From assembly GCA_907165135.1 (NCBI GenBank), contig OU015566.1:13144001-13208000 (forward strand): a stretch of DNA of 64,000 bases, read 5' to 3'. The notes under the pieces are model-generated. The model was not told the origin of the DNA and did not search any database. It saw only the letters and a program-made list of their open reading frames with translations. Positions within the stretch are counted from its first letter, which is position 1, and each line of letters begins with the position of its first letter. Shown piece after piece: positions 36,901-48,199 of this stretch. The translations under genes and the position numbers were made by a program. Origin of the DNA: Oikopleura dioica (lineage: Eukaryota; Animalia; Chordata).

Positions 36901-37044
36901 CAGCGTGGCTGTTCAAGTAGCAAGGAGAGGTAGCGCCTCGTGGTTTTTTTCGTTTTTCCAAGCAGCGTCCGAGCGCCCTCTCACACGTTTCTAACTTTTC
37001 TAATGCTTCTCCGACGATTTTGTAACCTTTCTCATCCTTCGAAC
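36901..37044 (-). CDS. Putative internal exon of an unidentified minus-strand gene
   Basis: AG acceptor and GT donor bracket 144 nt (phase 1-1) encoding SKDEKGYKIVGEALEKLETCERALGRCLEKRKKPRGATSPCYLNSHA. No family recognised. Confidence 0.35.
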
Positions 37045-37723
37045 CTTTCTCGAAAATCATAGAAAATTCTTAGAAAAAAAATGGACCTACTTATAATTAT
37101 GGTTAATTTTCAAGTCTAAAAATAGTAATAATCGCTTTTTATTATCAAAAAAATATTGATTTTTACGAAGAAAAAACGGTTATTAGTAATACTGTAAAAA
37201 ATAGACATTTTCAATAAATAACCAACCGGTAAAAAAGGGACAAAAGGAACTCGCTCAATCGTTTGCTCATAATATTTTAGTACAAGCGTGTTTTTATATA
37301 GCGCGTAAAGATGTCTAATTTTAACGTCAAATTAAGGCGGCTTGGGTTTTAATGATGATGGAGTCTATTTTTGATGATTTTCGCAAGCATTTCCGTTATC
37401 GAATATAATAAAAAATATTGCGAAGCGGAAATGGAAAAATGAGTTTCAAAACTATCGTATTGGTTCCTTGGGGTTATAAATTATTGTGATAAAGAATAAG
37501 AAAGAATTCCGATGTGACAATGACTGTGTTTTTATTAAGGCTATCACACGTTGTTTTGAGTAATTTTCACGGCTGCTTGACTCCCTTGGATGTTGTGACC
37601 AAATTTGACCTATTTTGCGAAGAAAGAAAATCAGATCGACGATCAATGTCATAAATTCCCGTCTCCAGTCTACTTCCCTCCCAGTTCCACCCCTGTCACG
37701 TGATCGGGGGTTTCCCTTTCAAC

Positions 37724-38112
37724 CAGAGTTGGTAAAAAAGTATACTTCACTCGCCCTTCAGAATGAAGTATACTTCATGAAGTATACTTCAGGGCGTTGC
37801 AGGGCGTTGAAGGGCGTGAAGTGTACTTCCGCCCTACCCTCTACTTCAACCGCCCTTCCGCCCTTCACTCTACTTCAACTTGGTTCTGTCGGCCATCAGA
37901 ATCCATCCGCCAGAATTTTTTCAAATTTTGCGCTTATTGGCTCTCAGGCGCCATGATTTAAATCACGCTGATTGTGGCAGATGAACCGATAGCTGAAGTA
38001 TACTTCAGGGCTTTGAAGGGCGCGTGAAGTACACTTCACCGCCCTTCAAGAATGAAGGGCGCCCTGCAGATTTTTGAAGGGCGAGGGGAAGTATACTTTT
38101 TTACCAACTCTG
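37724..38112. mobile_element. hAT-like MITE with 8-bp TSD
   Basis: TIRs CAGAGTTGGTAAAAAAGTATACTTC / GAAGTATACTTTTTTACCAACTCTG. TSD CTTTCAAC at 37716-37723 and 38113-38120. Interior built of GAAGTATACTTC and GAAGGGCG/CGCCCTTC subrepeats. Confidence 0.95.
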
Positions 38113-38884
38113 CTTTCAACACCGCTCTTTCAATCATTAGCAAAACAACCTTCAAAAGAACCAATTACAATTTTCGGAAGTACGACTATTTTCAATCGCC
38201 ATCAATCGTTGTTTTTTATTTCTTCAAAAAATTTATGATTCAAAACTTTAAACGACCGTAACCGCCGTTTTTTCAACAAGGATAAGTTTTTGTTTTCACG
38301 ATTTTTGAACGCTAATTTTTGTGTTAATAAAAGGGATTTTTCGCAGTCAAAACTTTCCAGTTATTCCGATTTGACCCAATTTTTTGATAAAAAAGCGGAA
38401 ATTTTATCGATTTTTCGAGAAAAAAAATGTAAAAAAATTCGCGGAAAATGCATGTTTTTTTCAAAAATAAGGGGAAATGAAAATGATGGAAAAGCAGAAA
38501 ATATGGGGAAAAATCGGTAAGAGAAAAAATAGAGCAAAAGTAACCCTGCGCGTAAAAAAAAGGTTGTTCATTCATCAGATCACGTAGCGCGTAAATTCCA
38601 CTACACAACCTTTTTTCCCTTTTTCCTCGATTTTTCCTCGCTGATGATTCTTTCATCAGCTTCCTACTCCTTTGGTTGGGCCACTAGGTGCCAGTAGAGC
38701 AGTGTAGGTGATCTGATCAGTGGATATTGCAACATTTATTAACGCTGCGTGTCCTTGGTTAGGGAAGCCCGGGGCAGCCCCATTGCAATCCATTGCGCTG
38801 AGTCATTGCTCTAGAGATACGTTGCCGGACGTGATCGCAGGGAGGAGGATCGCTAGGCTCTGCCAATTCCATTCGTGGAGCTTG

Positions 38885-38952
38885 GGCGCCCCCTAGTGCG
38901 CCGCGGCGCCATCTTACTCGCCATATAAAAATCTCGCGCTGACGATTCAGCC
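38885..38952 (+). promoter_or_regulatory. TATA/Inr promoter of the 39141 gene, with an upstream CTCF-like motif
   Basis: TATAAAA at 38924 and TCAG initiator-like A at 38949 (25 nt later). GGCGCCCCCTAGTG at ~38885-38898 reads CACTAGGGGGCGCC on the minus strand, resembling the CTCF core. Confidence 0.55.
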
Positions 38953-39140
38953 GCTCAAAAATCATTTTAGGCTTTGCTACTACACGCAGCCCGATTTTTA
39001 CCGTTACTGAAAAATAGAACGTTGAATACGTATTACGACTTTTTTCTCGAGAACAAACTCATAAACTCAAGCGAGATTTAAAAAAGAGAGATTCAAAAGA
39101 AGAAAACTTCAAGTCAAATCAAAGAAAACAGAAAAAAAAC

Positions 39141-41509
39141 ATGGGAGCTCCAGAATTTCATCCTTCTCCAGCACACAGTCCTTCCCTTTCTACAGGCAGC
39201 TGGTCCTCCATCGCTAGAAAAAACTCTCCATGTACCGGTAAGTCGTCATTTGAAAAACAAATCTCGAAAGAAATTTTATTGCATAACTAGTCTCTTAGAC
39301 ATGTTTTCAAATAAGCAGCTTTTTATGAATTTTCGAAATATGTTTTTAATTTTAAAATTTTCTTTTGAAATGGGTGACTGTAAGAAGCAGTCGTTAGAGT
39401 TGGTTGAGAGCGGGGTTCAATATTTTTGGCGCCCAGTCCGTTGCGGGCTTATCGACGTTTTCTGGCTCCTAGCCGTAGTAAGAGTAAGAGTCTCGTGGCG
39501 GCGGTGGCGCTGGTGAGCTCGCTCATGACTGGGCGCCAGTGGCGATTGGACCGCGGTTCAATGGCACCGCCCACGCGTTTTACCACTCACTACACTCACC
39601 TTCCAAGGGCAGGCACGTGCCAACCACACTCGGCTCTAGCGCGACGTCACGGTCGCCAACCCCGGGCGGCCCTAACTTGAGCTTTGAATTACTTAGTTAC
39701 TCGCGGTATATTAACTCTGTCTCGAGCATTCAAAATTATCCTATCTCGAGCGCGAGCACACGGCCGTGAGCTCGCCCATCTAGAGAAAAAATGTCATTTC
39801 ATTCTCTCTCTCTTGTCTGTGCGAGGGGCATTTATTGAAAGAAAGCTGGTCTGTTAGACAGTAAATAAAACAGTCCTGATCACCGCAAGCCTCTTTGGTC
39901 ATTTTGGGGGGTGACCCGTCCCGATCCGACCGTGAAAAAGGGTGGTCGGCGCCGACCCTGGCCCTCAGCACAGACAAGAGAGAGAGAGAATGAACTGACA
40001 TTTTTTTCTCTAGATGGGCGAGCTCATGGCCGTGTGCTCGCGCTCGAGATAGGGTTAAAAAATTCTGCCATTACAGTAGCGATTCTGAATAAAGAAAATC
40101 ATCAGAAATTTCAACTTTTAACTCTTTCTTTTCAGAACTTCCATCCTGGCGACCCGAAAGCTCCCGCTGCGAATGCGGTCTTACTGTTCAACCCCCAACG
40201 CCCGAATTCAAGCCCTTGATGACACCCGCCGAGTTGGTGAGCTCGGAAGAGTTCATCCGATCCGTCCTCTACTACGCGCATCAGTTGGAATCGTTCCAAC
40301 GCGCCCACTCGAACTTCGAGGAGCTGAAAGAATACTGGACGCCCGAGGTCTTCGGCAAAATGGTCAAGATCATCGATTTGGCCGGATGCACCAAGCTGGA
40401 CAATGCACTTCGCGATTTCCACCAATCTATTCGAAACAATGGCCTCTGGAAGGTGAGAGCGCTAGTTTTAGATAATATTACATAAGCCAGCAAGCCAGTT
40501 GACTAATTGCCAAGAAAAGAAGCTTGCCCCGGGGAGAGACTGGACAGAATATCCAGTTAGCTCCAGATCGATAAATTAACACGTGCCAAGGACGTGACCC
40601 GGGCTGAATGCGAACTCACAATCCATTATGGATTTATGAGCTCTCCCAACCTGAGTAACTCGGGTGGAATTTCGCGCTCTCACGTGAGCCGCAAAATGGG
40701 AACAATAGAATAGAACACACAGATTCTCCCTCTAACTTTTGTAATGGAATTTCGAGAGTAGACTCCCTCCTATTCACTCAGGGCAAATATTAGCAGTATG
40801 ATTTGGCTTCTTTCTTAGCCCCAAGAATCTTTAGTCATGCTCGCCCTGCGCGGGTGAATGGATTTTACGTCACTCAAAGGCCACTTTCCTTATTTAGCGA
40901 GGTCAATTTCAAAAGAGAGCGAGAGAGAGAGCGCTTTTTCGAAATTAGATGAACTGTCTAAAATTTTAAATCTTCCTTGATTTCGAAAAAAGATTAGATT
41001 TTAACGGATATTTTCAGAACTGGATTGAAGAGGTCGAGGATTACCCACGATTCGAGGAGCTTTTGTTGAACGAACTCGCCCAGGTCTTGGAAAACCTTTC
41101 GCCGAAGTACCTCAAGGACATCAAAATCGAGCACTTGTTGAAGATCTTCGATCCCAACTCGGGTGACCGCGCCAGCTGCATCCAGGGAAAGAAACGGAAG
41201 CTCAAGCGACAAGTGCAGAAGTGGATCGAAACGCAGCCCGACGAGGTCTTGGACGAGCACTGGGAGCAAGTCACCGCCCTCAAGTGGAAGCTGATGCAAG
41301 TTATCGACATCAAGGACAAGGAGATGGAGGAGCGCAACCGATTCAAGAGCCAGAGCCGGGACTGGCGCCGCAAGACCTCGCCACCACCCGGAAGCCGAGG
41401 CTTCTCCCCGTGGATTCAGCAGCGTCGGCTGGCCCGCTATCAAGGACGCCTTCGACACCTGTGGCGGAATGGACAAAGGCAGCTTCAGGGGCGCCTAAGA
41501 AGGGAGTGA
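39141..41509 (+). CDS. Orphan three-exon gene, ~301-aa predicted helical protein with a basic tail
   Basis: Exons 39141-39237, 40136-40452 and 41018-41509 join in phase via GT-AG introns (MGAPEFHPSP...ELPSWRPESSRCECG...EFIRSVLYYAHQLESF...NNGLWK|NWIEEVEDYPRFEELLLNELAQVLE...QGRLRRE*). Strongly C/G-ending codons. No family recognised. Confidence 0.8.
39739..40054. mobile_element. piggyBac-like MITE in intron 1 of the orphan gene
   Basis: ~80-bp inverted arms CCTATCTCGAGCGCGAGCACACGGCC..AGAGAAAAAATGTCA.. and reverse complement ending GAGATAGGG|TTAA. The left TTAA-CCC end is mutated (TTATCC). Confidence 0.8.
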
Positions 41510-43146
41510 TCGCCTTCCTCACTCTAGCATTACCCCTGCCACCCGCCGCTGACACCCACCTGCCCATTCTCCAGTCCGTAGCCACCGCCGAAATGGAAAA
41601 TAAAGCGCCAGGTCGAGGACGACAATGAATCCGCTGGAGACTCCAGCCACTCAAGAGCCTCCTCCCTGGCCCCCTCTCTCTCGACGTCACGTGAGCCGCG
41701 AACAGTAACTGGAAAACCGCGAAAAAAATAGCTAAAGACTTGCGCTGTTACTATTATATTATTATATGCCCACGTGCTTAGTACTGAGACTGATAATCTG
41801 CTCGAAGGCCAGTTATTTATCAACACTACAATCCTATTTACTATTTTTACTATATCAGTATTCCTTTCTTTTTTTCGTATTTTTTGAACCTATTTTGTAA
41901 TCGGTATCATTGAAACAATTCCAATTGCAAAAGTCGTTTATTTAAAATTATCTTAAATCTAAAATCAAAAAACTCCTCCACCAAAAGAAGCTCCTCCACC
42001 AGAAACGCGCTCGAAAAAATATTGCTCCAATCAGATTTTCGTAGTTTTCGTGTAATCCGCCTTTAGATGTAGTAAATCTGCAAATCGCGCGAGCCTGGAG
42101 GAGGACTCTTCTCGGAGGAGGCGCAAAATTTTGCATGTCAACATATCATACTTTTACTTTCTTTTTTTGTCATTTCTCAATTTCGAATTTATTTCGCATT
42201 TTTTTCATTTTATTTAATTGAAAATTGAAACACTATTTTACAACTTGCGCCATCTTATATAGTTCAATAATTTCCATTTGTGTTCATCAGTGCCGTTTGT
42301 GCCCGCCTCAACCCTTTTTTTTTGCTTATTTTCGTCTTGAGGGGGTGCACAATCGCGAAATCCAAAACCTCTTTTTCTTTTCTTTCCCTGGTCTAGGGAA
42401 AAAAAGACTACCACTAGAATATCGTTAATCCCTCTTTTTCGACCCTCGAAATGGGCAATTTTCGTCCGAAAAGTTTCATCCTTTCACTTTTTATTATATT
42501 TCCTTTATCTCCTTCCTCTCACTTAATATTATAAAGCGGTATATTAAAAATATACCCATATGTTTCACCCTCCTTTTGACTGTTAAAATGACCAAATCAT
42601 GGCCAAAGTTTTGACCAAAAAAAATAAGTTATTTACTTATAATTTGTTTCTTTCAAGACAAATTTCAACAGTTTCCACTATAATTACTACTATTATTATT
42701 ATTATTTTAAATCGTTTTTCTTGTGCGCCATGAAAAACGAAACCCTCTTTTTGCTTACGGAAAATATACTGTGTATTCCCTTTAGATTACTTTTTACTTT
42801 ATCCGAAAAAAATGTTACGCGCTTACCTGTTCTTAAAACTGTTCTTTTTAAAATGAAAGAATAAATAAAATGAACTGGACAAAAATCACTTAAAAAGTTG
42901 TCGATTCTTGTTTTTGCAGCATGAACTTTACAAGATTATTTTTTGCGGGAGATTTTGATCCCAAGAAACTCAGAAAGGCAGGAAGCAGACGAGTCAACAA
43001 AATATCACAAGAGCATGAGAAAGGGTAAAAGTTCATTCACTTCAGATTACGTGAGGCTACCAGTTCGCAAACATTACTCTTTATGAACTAACAGACCCTT
43101 GGAATGGGATTTCTTTCCGCAACTGGGTATTTTTCGAATTCGTTAA

Positions 43147-43202
43147 GGGTGTCAACATCGATTTTCGCAAACTTCTGGCAACGGTTTTTTATGTTGACAC
43201 CC
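43147..43202. mobile_element. 56-bp TTAA-flanked micro-MITE (GGGTGTC family)
   Basis: TTAA|GGGTGTCAACAT ... ATGTTGACACCC|TTAA, with perfect 12-bp TIRs. Confidence 0.85.
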
Positions 43203-43395
43203 TTAAAGCAGAGATTCTGTAATAAAAGATTCTGTTAAGTATAGTCAGAAAAAAACATCTACAGGATCTTCTATTTTTAGCAAAAGAAAACATCAATTCT
43301 AGTCTGTAAAATCTGCAAAGAACAAGAAAGAATACGCATTTAATTGTATTTTGGAAATAGCAGCAAGAATCGTATCTTTGACGTCAAAAATTTAA

Positions 43396-43807
43396 GGAGG
43401 GGGTCGACGAGAATCGGGATTTCCGTGACCAAAAATGCGGGAAAACCTGATAAGATAGGCAAAATCTGATTTTACTGGTGGATAGAAAAGGGTTGTAAAA
43501 ATCAGGCGGCGAAAACTAAAAAAAAATTTTGCCAGAAAAAATCGGTCAAAAATCCCGTCGAAGTAGGGCCATTTTCGCGAAAATGCACCAAAAATGGTCA
43601 ATTTTTTACTATTTTGTTCATTTCGAGTCGAACGCACACGCGTGTTTTTGAACTCTGATTTCGACCCCTAAATTTAATTTTCATCAAATGATTTTAGGCT
43701 CAACAGATTCGGGAGAATCTGAAGATTCCAAAATATAAGATTCATATCCTGACTATGTGTATAAGCGAAATTACGATCACCCCTGAAAAATTCTCGTCGA
43801 CCCCCCT
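43396..43807. mobile_element. TTAA-flanked MITE (Kolobok-like)
   Basis: TTAA|GGAGGGGTCGACGAGAA ... TTCTCGTCGACCCCCCT|TTAA. Confidence 0.85.
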
Positions 43808-44596
43808 TTAAAGCCTTCAGAATTCGACATGATTTTTACTAGAAGCAACAGGAATTGACGATAAAGAAAATAGATCAAATTGACATTTATGAGCCACTAT
43901 TGAAGGTCAAAAACTTACGCGAAGATGCTCTAACATTACTTTGCTGAAGTTGTGTGTTGCGCTGACGTGGATTCCGGATTTGAAAAATATTGATGCAATA
44001 ATATAGATAAAGTATCGCGTCGTGAGTTAAGTTGAAATGGGTTTAGTTCTTTGTGACAAAAAGTGCTTCCCAAGACTTGTCGCGGATAGTCGCATCGTTG
44101 TCAAATCGCATGATTCCGGATCTGCCCCTGTTTTCATCTCAAATAAGGCTGCCGCCTGGGCACGGCTGGCGTCGTTTTCTAGAGCGAGGCACGTGACCAC
44201 GTCCCACTATCAACCTTGCTTCATCCCGGGCTGACCGCAAAAATCTCAAAATGATAACTCAAGTCCCCGCTTATCAATTTTTCGCCCGGATAGCCCAGGC
44301 GGCACCGACTATCATTTCATTACTCTCATAGCAATTTTGACATAACGAAAGAAAGGCCAAACGAAGAGAAGTTTAGAAAAAGTGCAAGCTTGCTGTTGAC
44401 TCAACCTGGGACGTTGATTAAGAAACCGCCACCATGACCGGGCAGTCGACGCCACAGCATTCATTGCATAATCTAGCGTGACCTATTCGCCGTTGTCAGA
44501 CGAAACGAAATGCAATTAATTCGGCAATTCACGCATATGGCCTAAAAGTTTACATGACATTTCCTTCCAAATCCAAAAATGGATAATGGGAGCATG

Positions 44597-44814
44597 AGTA
44601 GCTACTGTAGTAAGGGGTTATCATTCGAGCTGCCCCTAACCCTGAAACAGGGGGTCACGCCAACCCCCTCCCCCTGAGACCCCCACCTTATGCCTAAACC
44701 AGGGGCTTCGCCCCGGACCCCACTTCCTAACCCTAACCCCTAGCCTAGATTCTAGAGATATTCGATGGCTCGAATCATAGGCTCGAATGATAACCCCTCT
44801 CTACGCGTAGTTAC
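44597..44814. mobile_element. Small inverted-repeat element with telomere-like CCCTAA tracts
   Basis: Termini GTAGTAAGGGGTTATCATTCGAGC / GCTCGAATGATAACCCCTCTCTAC; interior CCCCTAACCCT, GGGGCTTCGCCCCGGACCCC and CCTAACCCCTAACCCC. An inverted relative lies at 50460-50635. Confidence 0.8.
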
Positions 44815-45292
44815 TGTTACCCCCTATTCCTTTGTCAGAAAGTGCGCGAATTTTCTCCTAGACAACGAGAACTGCCTTGATGACTGATTTACGATTTACG
44901 AACATTCCTACCTCTCCCCGGCAATTTTCCTAAATGCCACTGCCGACAAGACAGACTCAGAAATACTCAGAACCGGAATGGCAAAAGGTGAAAGTCAGAC
45001 AGGAACGGAAAAACGTATCTTTCCCATGAAAATTCAACGAGTTCTCAACCCGAAGTCGTTTCTTTTTTTTCTGTTACAAAAGGCGGTCTATGCAAAATCT
45101 ATGTTTTGGCAGCAAACTTGGCAATAACGCCAGACTTCGTTTTACCGGCAAAAAGGGAAAAGAACCGCGGTGAACTTTTTCCCAGACGGTTTTTTGTTTA
45201 ACATTAGAGAACTGACCGATGACGACAAGTATGAACTTATTTGAGATCTCAATTTTAGTTGAAAACGAGTTTTGATAGTTAGTAAAGATCTC

Positions 45293-45466
45293 TAATGGAA
45301 AGCCGCGTAGCGGCTTTTTTAACAATCAAGCCGCGAAGCGGCTTCAGCAGAGTTTGAAAATAGATTGAAAAGGTAATTTTGCGAAGCCGTCTCGCGGCTT
45401 CGTTTTTGAAAAAGCCGCTACGCGGCTTTTCATCAAAGTTTTTTTCAGAAAATAACTCAGGTTTTC
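45293..45466 (+). mobile_element. GCCGC-palindrome MITE family, one-ended copy
   Basis: Same four GCCGC..GCGGC hairpin palindrome as 31050, followed by ACTCAGGTTTTC. Confidence 0.85.
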
Positions 45467-46066
45467 TACACAGGCTCGCGAGCCCAGTTTCGCATCGCTA
45501 ATCAGAGGTCAAAATATTTAGTTGCCAGGGTAAATAAAATCAACGTTTTCCTACGTTCATTAAACTTAGGCAAAATTCGATCTACAGGGAAAGCGGATTT
45601 CCTTGGCAACGGCCTTGTAGGTCTTCCTTGTTCCGAGTTACATAACTGTACTGTTAGAACTGACTATAAACTTTCATCGGGCGATAAAGCGCATAATTTT
45701 GATGCGAAGGTCACTTTGACGCATTTACTCTTTTTTACTTGAAAGCAAATGTTTTATTATCGCCGCGGAATTTCAAAATTCCAAAAAAGAAAGCAGCTTC
45801 AAATTCTTGTGTTATTTATCGATGAACCTTGATGGCTTTTAAACCCAAAATCAGCAAAGCACCGGTAGTAGCCCGCGTTGATTTTGGCGGGAAACGAGCA
45901 CGCGCACCTGCATGTTTCGGCGAGATTTTACTCTCAATAATTGTCAGTCACTTTTGCCGAGAATTTTTAATCGTGAGAGAATCAAGCTGACCACCTAATA
46001 CAGTGCGAATTCGTGTGAAAAAATACTCAAATTACAGTTCTAAAATTAGGTCAACAAAGAAACCTG

Positions 46067-46213
46067 CGTCGAAAACCTGAGTCAGGATCTGGAAGAACTT
46101 TCACAAAAAGCCGCACAGCCAGAAATTCTGGCCCAGAATTAAAATAGATACAAATGGTAATTCTGCGCGGCTTTTCTTTTGAGCTTTTTCAGACCCTGAC
46201 TCAGGTTTTCGAC
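46067..46213. mobile_element. GCCGC-palindrome MITE family, two-ended internally deleted copy
   Basis: GTCGAAAACCTGAGTCAGG ... CCTGACTCAGGTTTTCGAC, with internal AAAAGCCGC / GCGGCTTTT remnants. Confidence 0.8.
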
Positions 46214-47112
46214 AAAGATTTTGTAAATAAACACAATATCAGATGGATTTTTGACGTCATTAGTGGTTTTATTTACGAATTTAACGCATCTGTGACTTTT
46301 TAACAGCGCATCAGGATTTACGAAATGGTTCCTGGAAAATGGCGCAAGTTCAGTCCGAGTTCACAGCGCGGGGGTTTTTCTAAACTTGACTGCCGATGTC
46401 CCCCGCGCGGATTTTGTTTTGACACTTTTTCGAGATTATTGAGCCGGTAATTTATTCGCGATTATACGGTCTTATAGAGTGCACAAACAGTCCTGTCCAG
46501 CTAAAAATTGATGATGGAAGATGTGCGAAGTTTCACGTGAGGCCGAGAACTGATGAAATTATGATTGGCGTACGGCCGATAATCCGCGCTCTGTTTTTTC
46601 AGAGCTGAACTCAGAAATCTGCAATTTCAAGTTTGCACTTTTGTGGCACTTTTTTTTTTGAATTGACGCTGGGTTTATTTTGCGAGAAATGAGCATTTCA
46701 CGGGTTGACCTTTTTCGCGCCAACCGCTGACCGGACGTTGGGATGAATATCGCTCCTTCGAATGAAGCAAATCGGCGCCTCTGCCAAAGATCAAATTATG
46801 AATACAGCATTTTGTTTTCTAAAAACATCATTGCCGGCGCCTAGGAGTTCGTTGCTTGTTCTGAATAATCAACTTCCAATTTGGGAAAATGAAGAAGTCA
46901 GGTTTTTAAACGGAAGTACCCACCCTGGCGCATCATATTTTATATTTCTTTTTGGCGAATAAATTGATATACTGGCGATTTAACATCAATATTCGCAGTT
47001 TTTTAAAACCGATAAAGCTGCGAACAGGAATTGTCCTTTCTACTGAAACGGTAACCCCGATTTCGGTCGTTGAAATCAAGGAGGAGAACGAGCTCTGAGT
47101 TCTATTGAAAAA

Positions 47113-48170
47113 ATGCCGCTTTGCATTCTTGATGACATTCAAAAACGCAACGAAAACGGAGAGTCAACTGTCGACGTGTCAGACAAGAAGTCGTCAGAAA
47201 CCGCTTCTACCCGTATCTCAGAATATTTTTCATCTCCAAGAGAACACTACTAGCTATGGTTATCGAGGAGGAGAACGAACGGTTGGATGATTCAATTTTC
47301 CTAACGAAAATCCAGGTATTTTTTACAAAAATATTGGTTGAATCTTATTGAATACAAGTGTCTCGATTGCGACTGTATTGGCGTTTTGAGACAAAAAGGG
47401 AAGAATGTTTATTTATTGCCTGAGGAAGTTTTGACGATTCGAAGCATTCATACTCAAGAGTACGACATAAAAAGATTTGAGAAAAACAGAACATGGAAGA
47501 AAAAGGTGACCGAAAAAATGAGCCTGGCAAAGCATGGAAACGCGACAGATACTCAACTTAAAGTTTATCTTACGCTTGGCTCTGTTTTCTGGATTACCGT
47601 CATGCTCATAGGTATTTTGACCATAGTTCTAGTGAAAACTTCATATTTCTAGCAAATTTTCTTTCATTGGAGAAATCCCGCGGTGTAACAACCTTTCTGA
47701 CTTCGACTTGCCACCGTAATTACAAAAAATGCGTTCGAATCGCAACGATGGACTACTGCGGCCATTTGATGAAGCAATGTTATGAAACTCAAAAATTCAT
47801 CCTTCCTGAAGCTGTTTCAAAGATGGAGCCTACCAAAGCGGCGCCGCTTGTTTTTTCTGAAGAAGAAAATGAAGTGAATCTCCGCCGATGTCAGAAGAAA
47901 CAGTTTTATGACCAAAAAATCTGCCGACCTCTTTGTTCCAAAACTCTCATTTTGAAATCAACAAGAAATAGCGCAATCCCGCCCTGCGAATTGATGTGTT
48001 TCGAACTGACAAGATCTTCTGACGCAGCCGGAGAAATTTGCCCTTTTCAGAAATACTGTCAAAAGGGATGTCCTTGTCCTTATTACGAGAGTGAAAAAAT
48101 GGAGACGCGTCAGAAATGGGAAAACCTGAAATTGTCAACAAGGCCATCGAGGCCATCAAGACCATTTTAG
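47113..48170 (+). CDS. Cys-rich type II membrane protein, paralog 1 (probably frameshifted and 3'-truncated)
   Basis: ATG 47113 (MPLCILDDIQKR...), intron at ~47316, then CLDCDCIG, a TM segment (HGNATDTQLKVYLTLGSVFWITVMLIGIL) and a Cys-rich ectodomain ending GEICPFQKYCQKGCPCPYYESEK. Colinear with paralog 2 at 49648. Confidence 0.65.
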
Positions 48171-48199
48171 AAATCAACAAAAGTCCCCATAACCTGAAT

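Noticed and set aside
40132-41826. Antisense ORFs over the orphan gene (40132-40425, 40994-41476, 41343-41690)
   Set aside because: They are expected shadows of GC3-rich coding sequence on the + strand.
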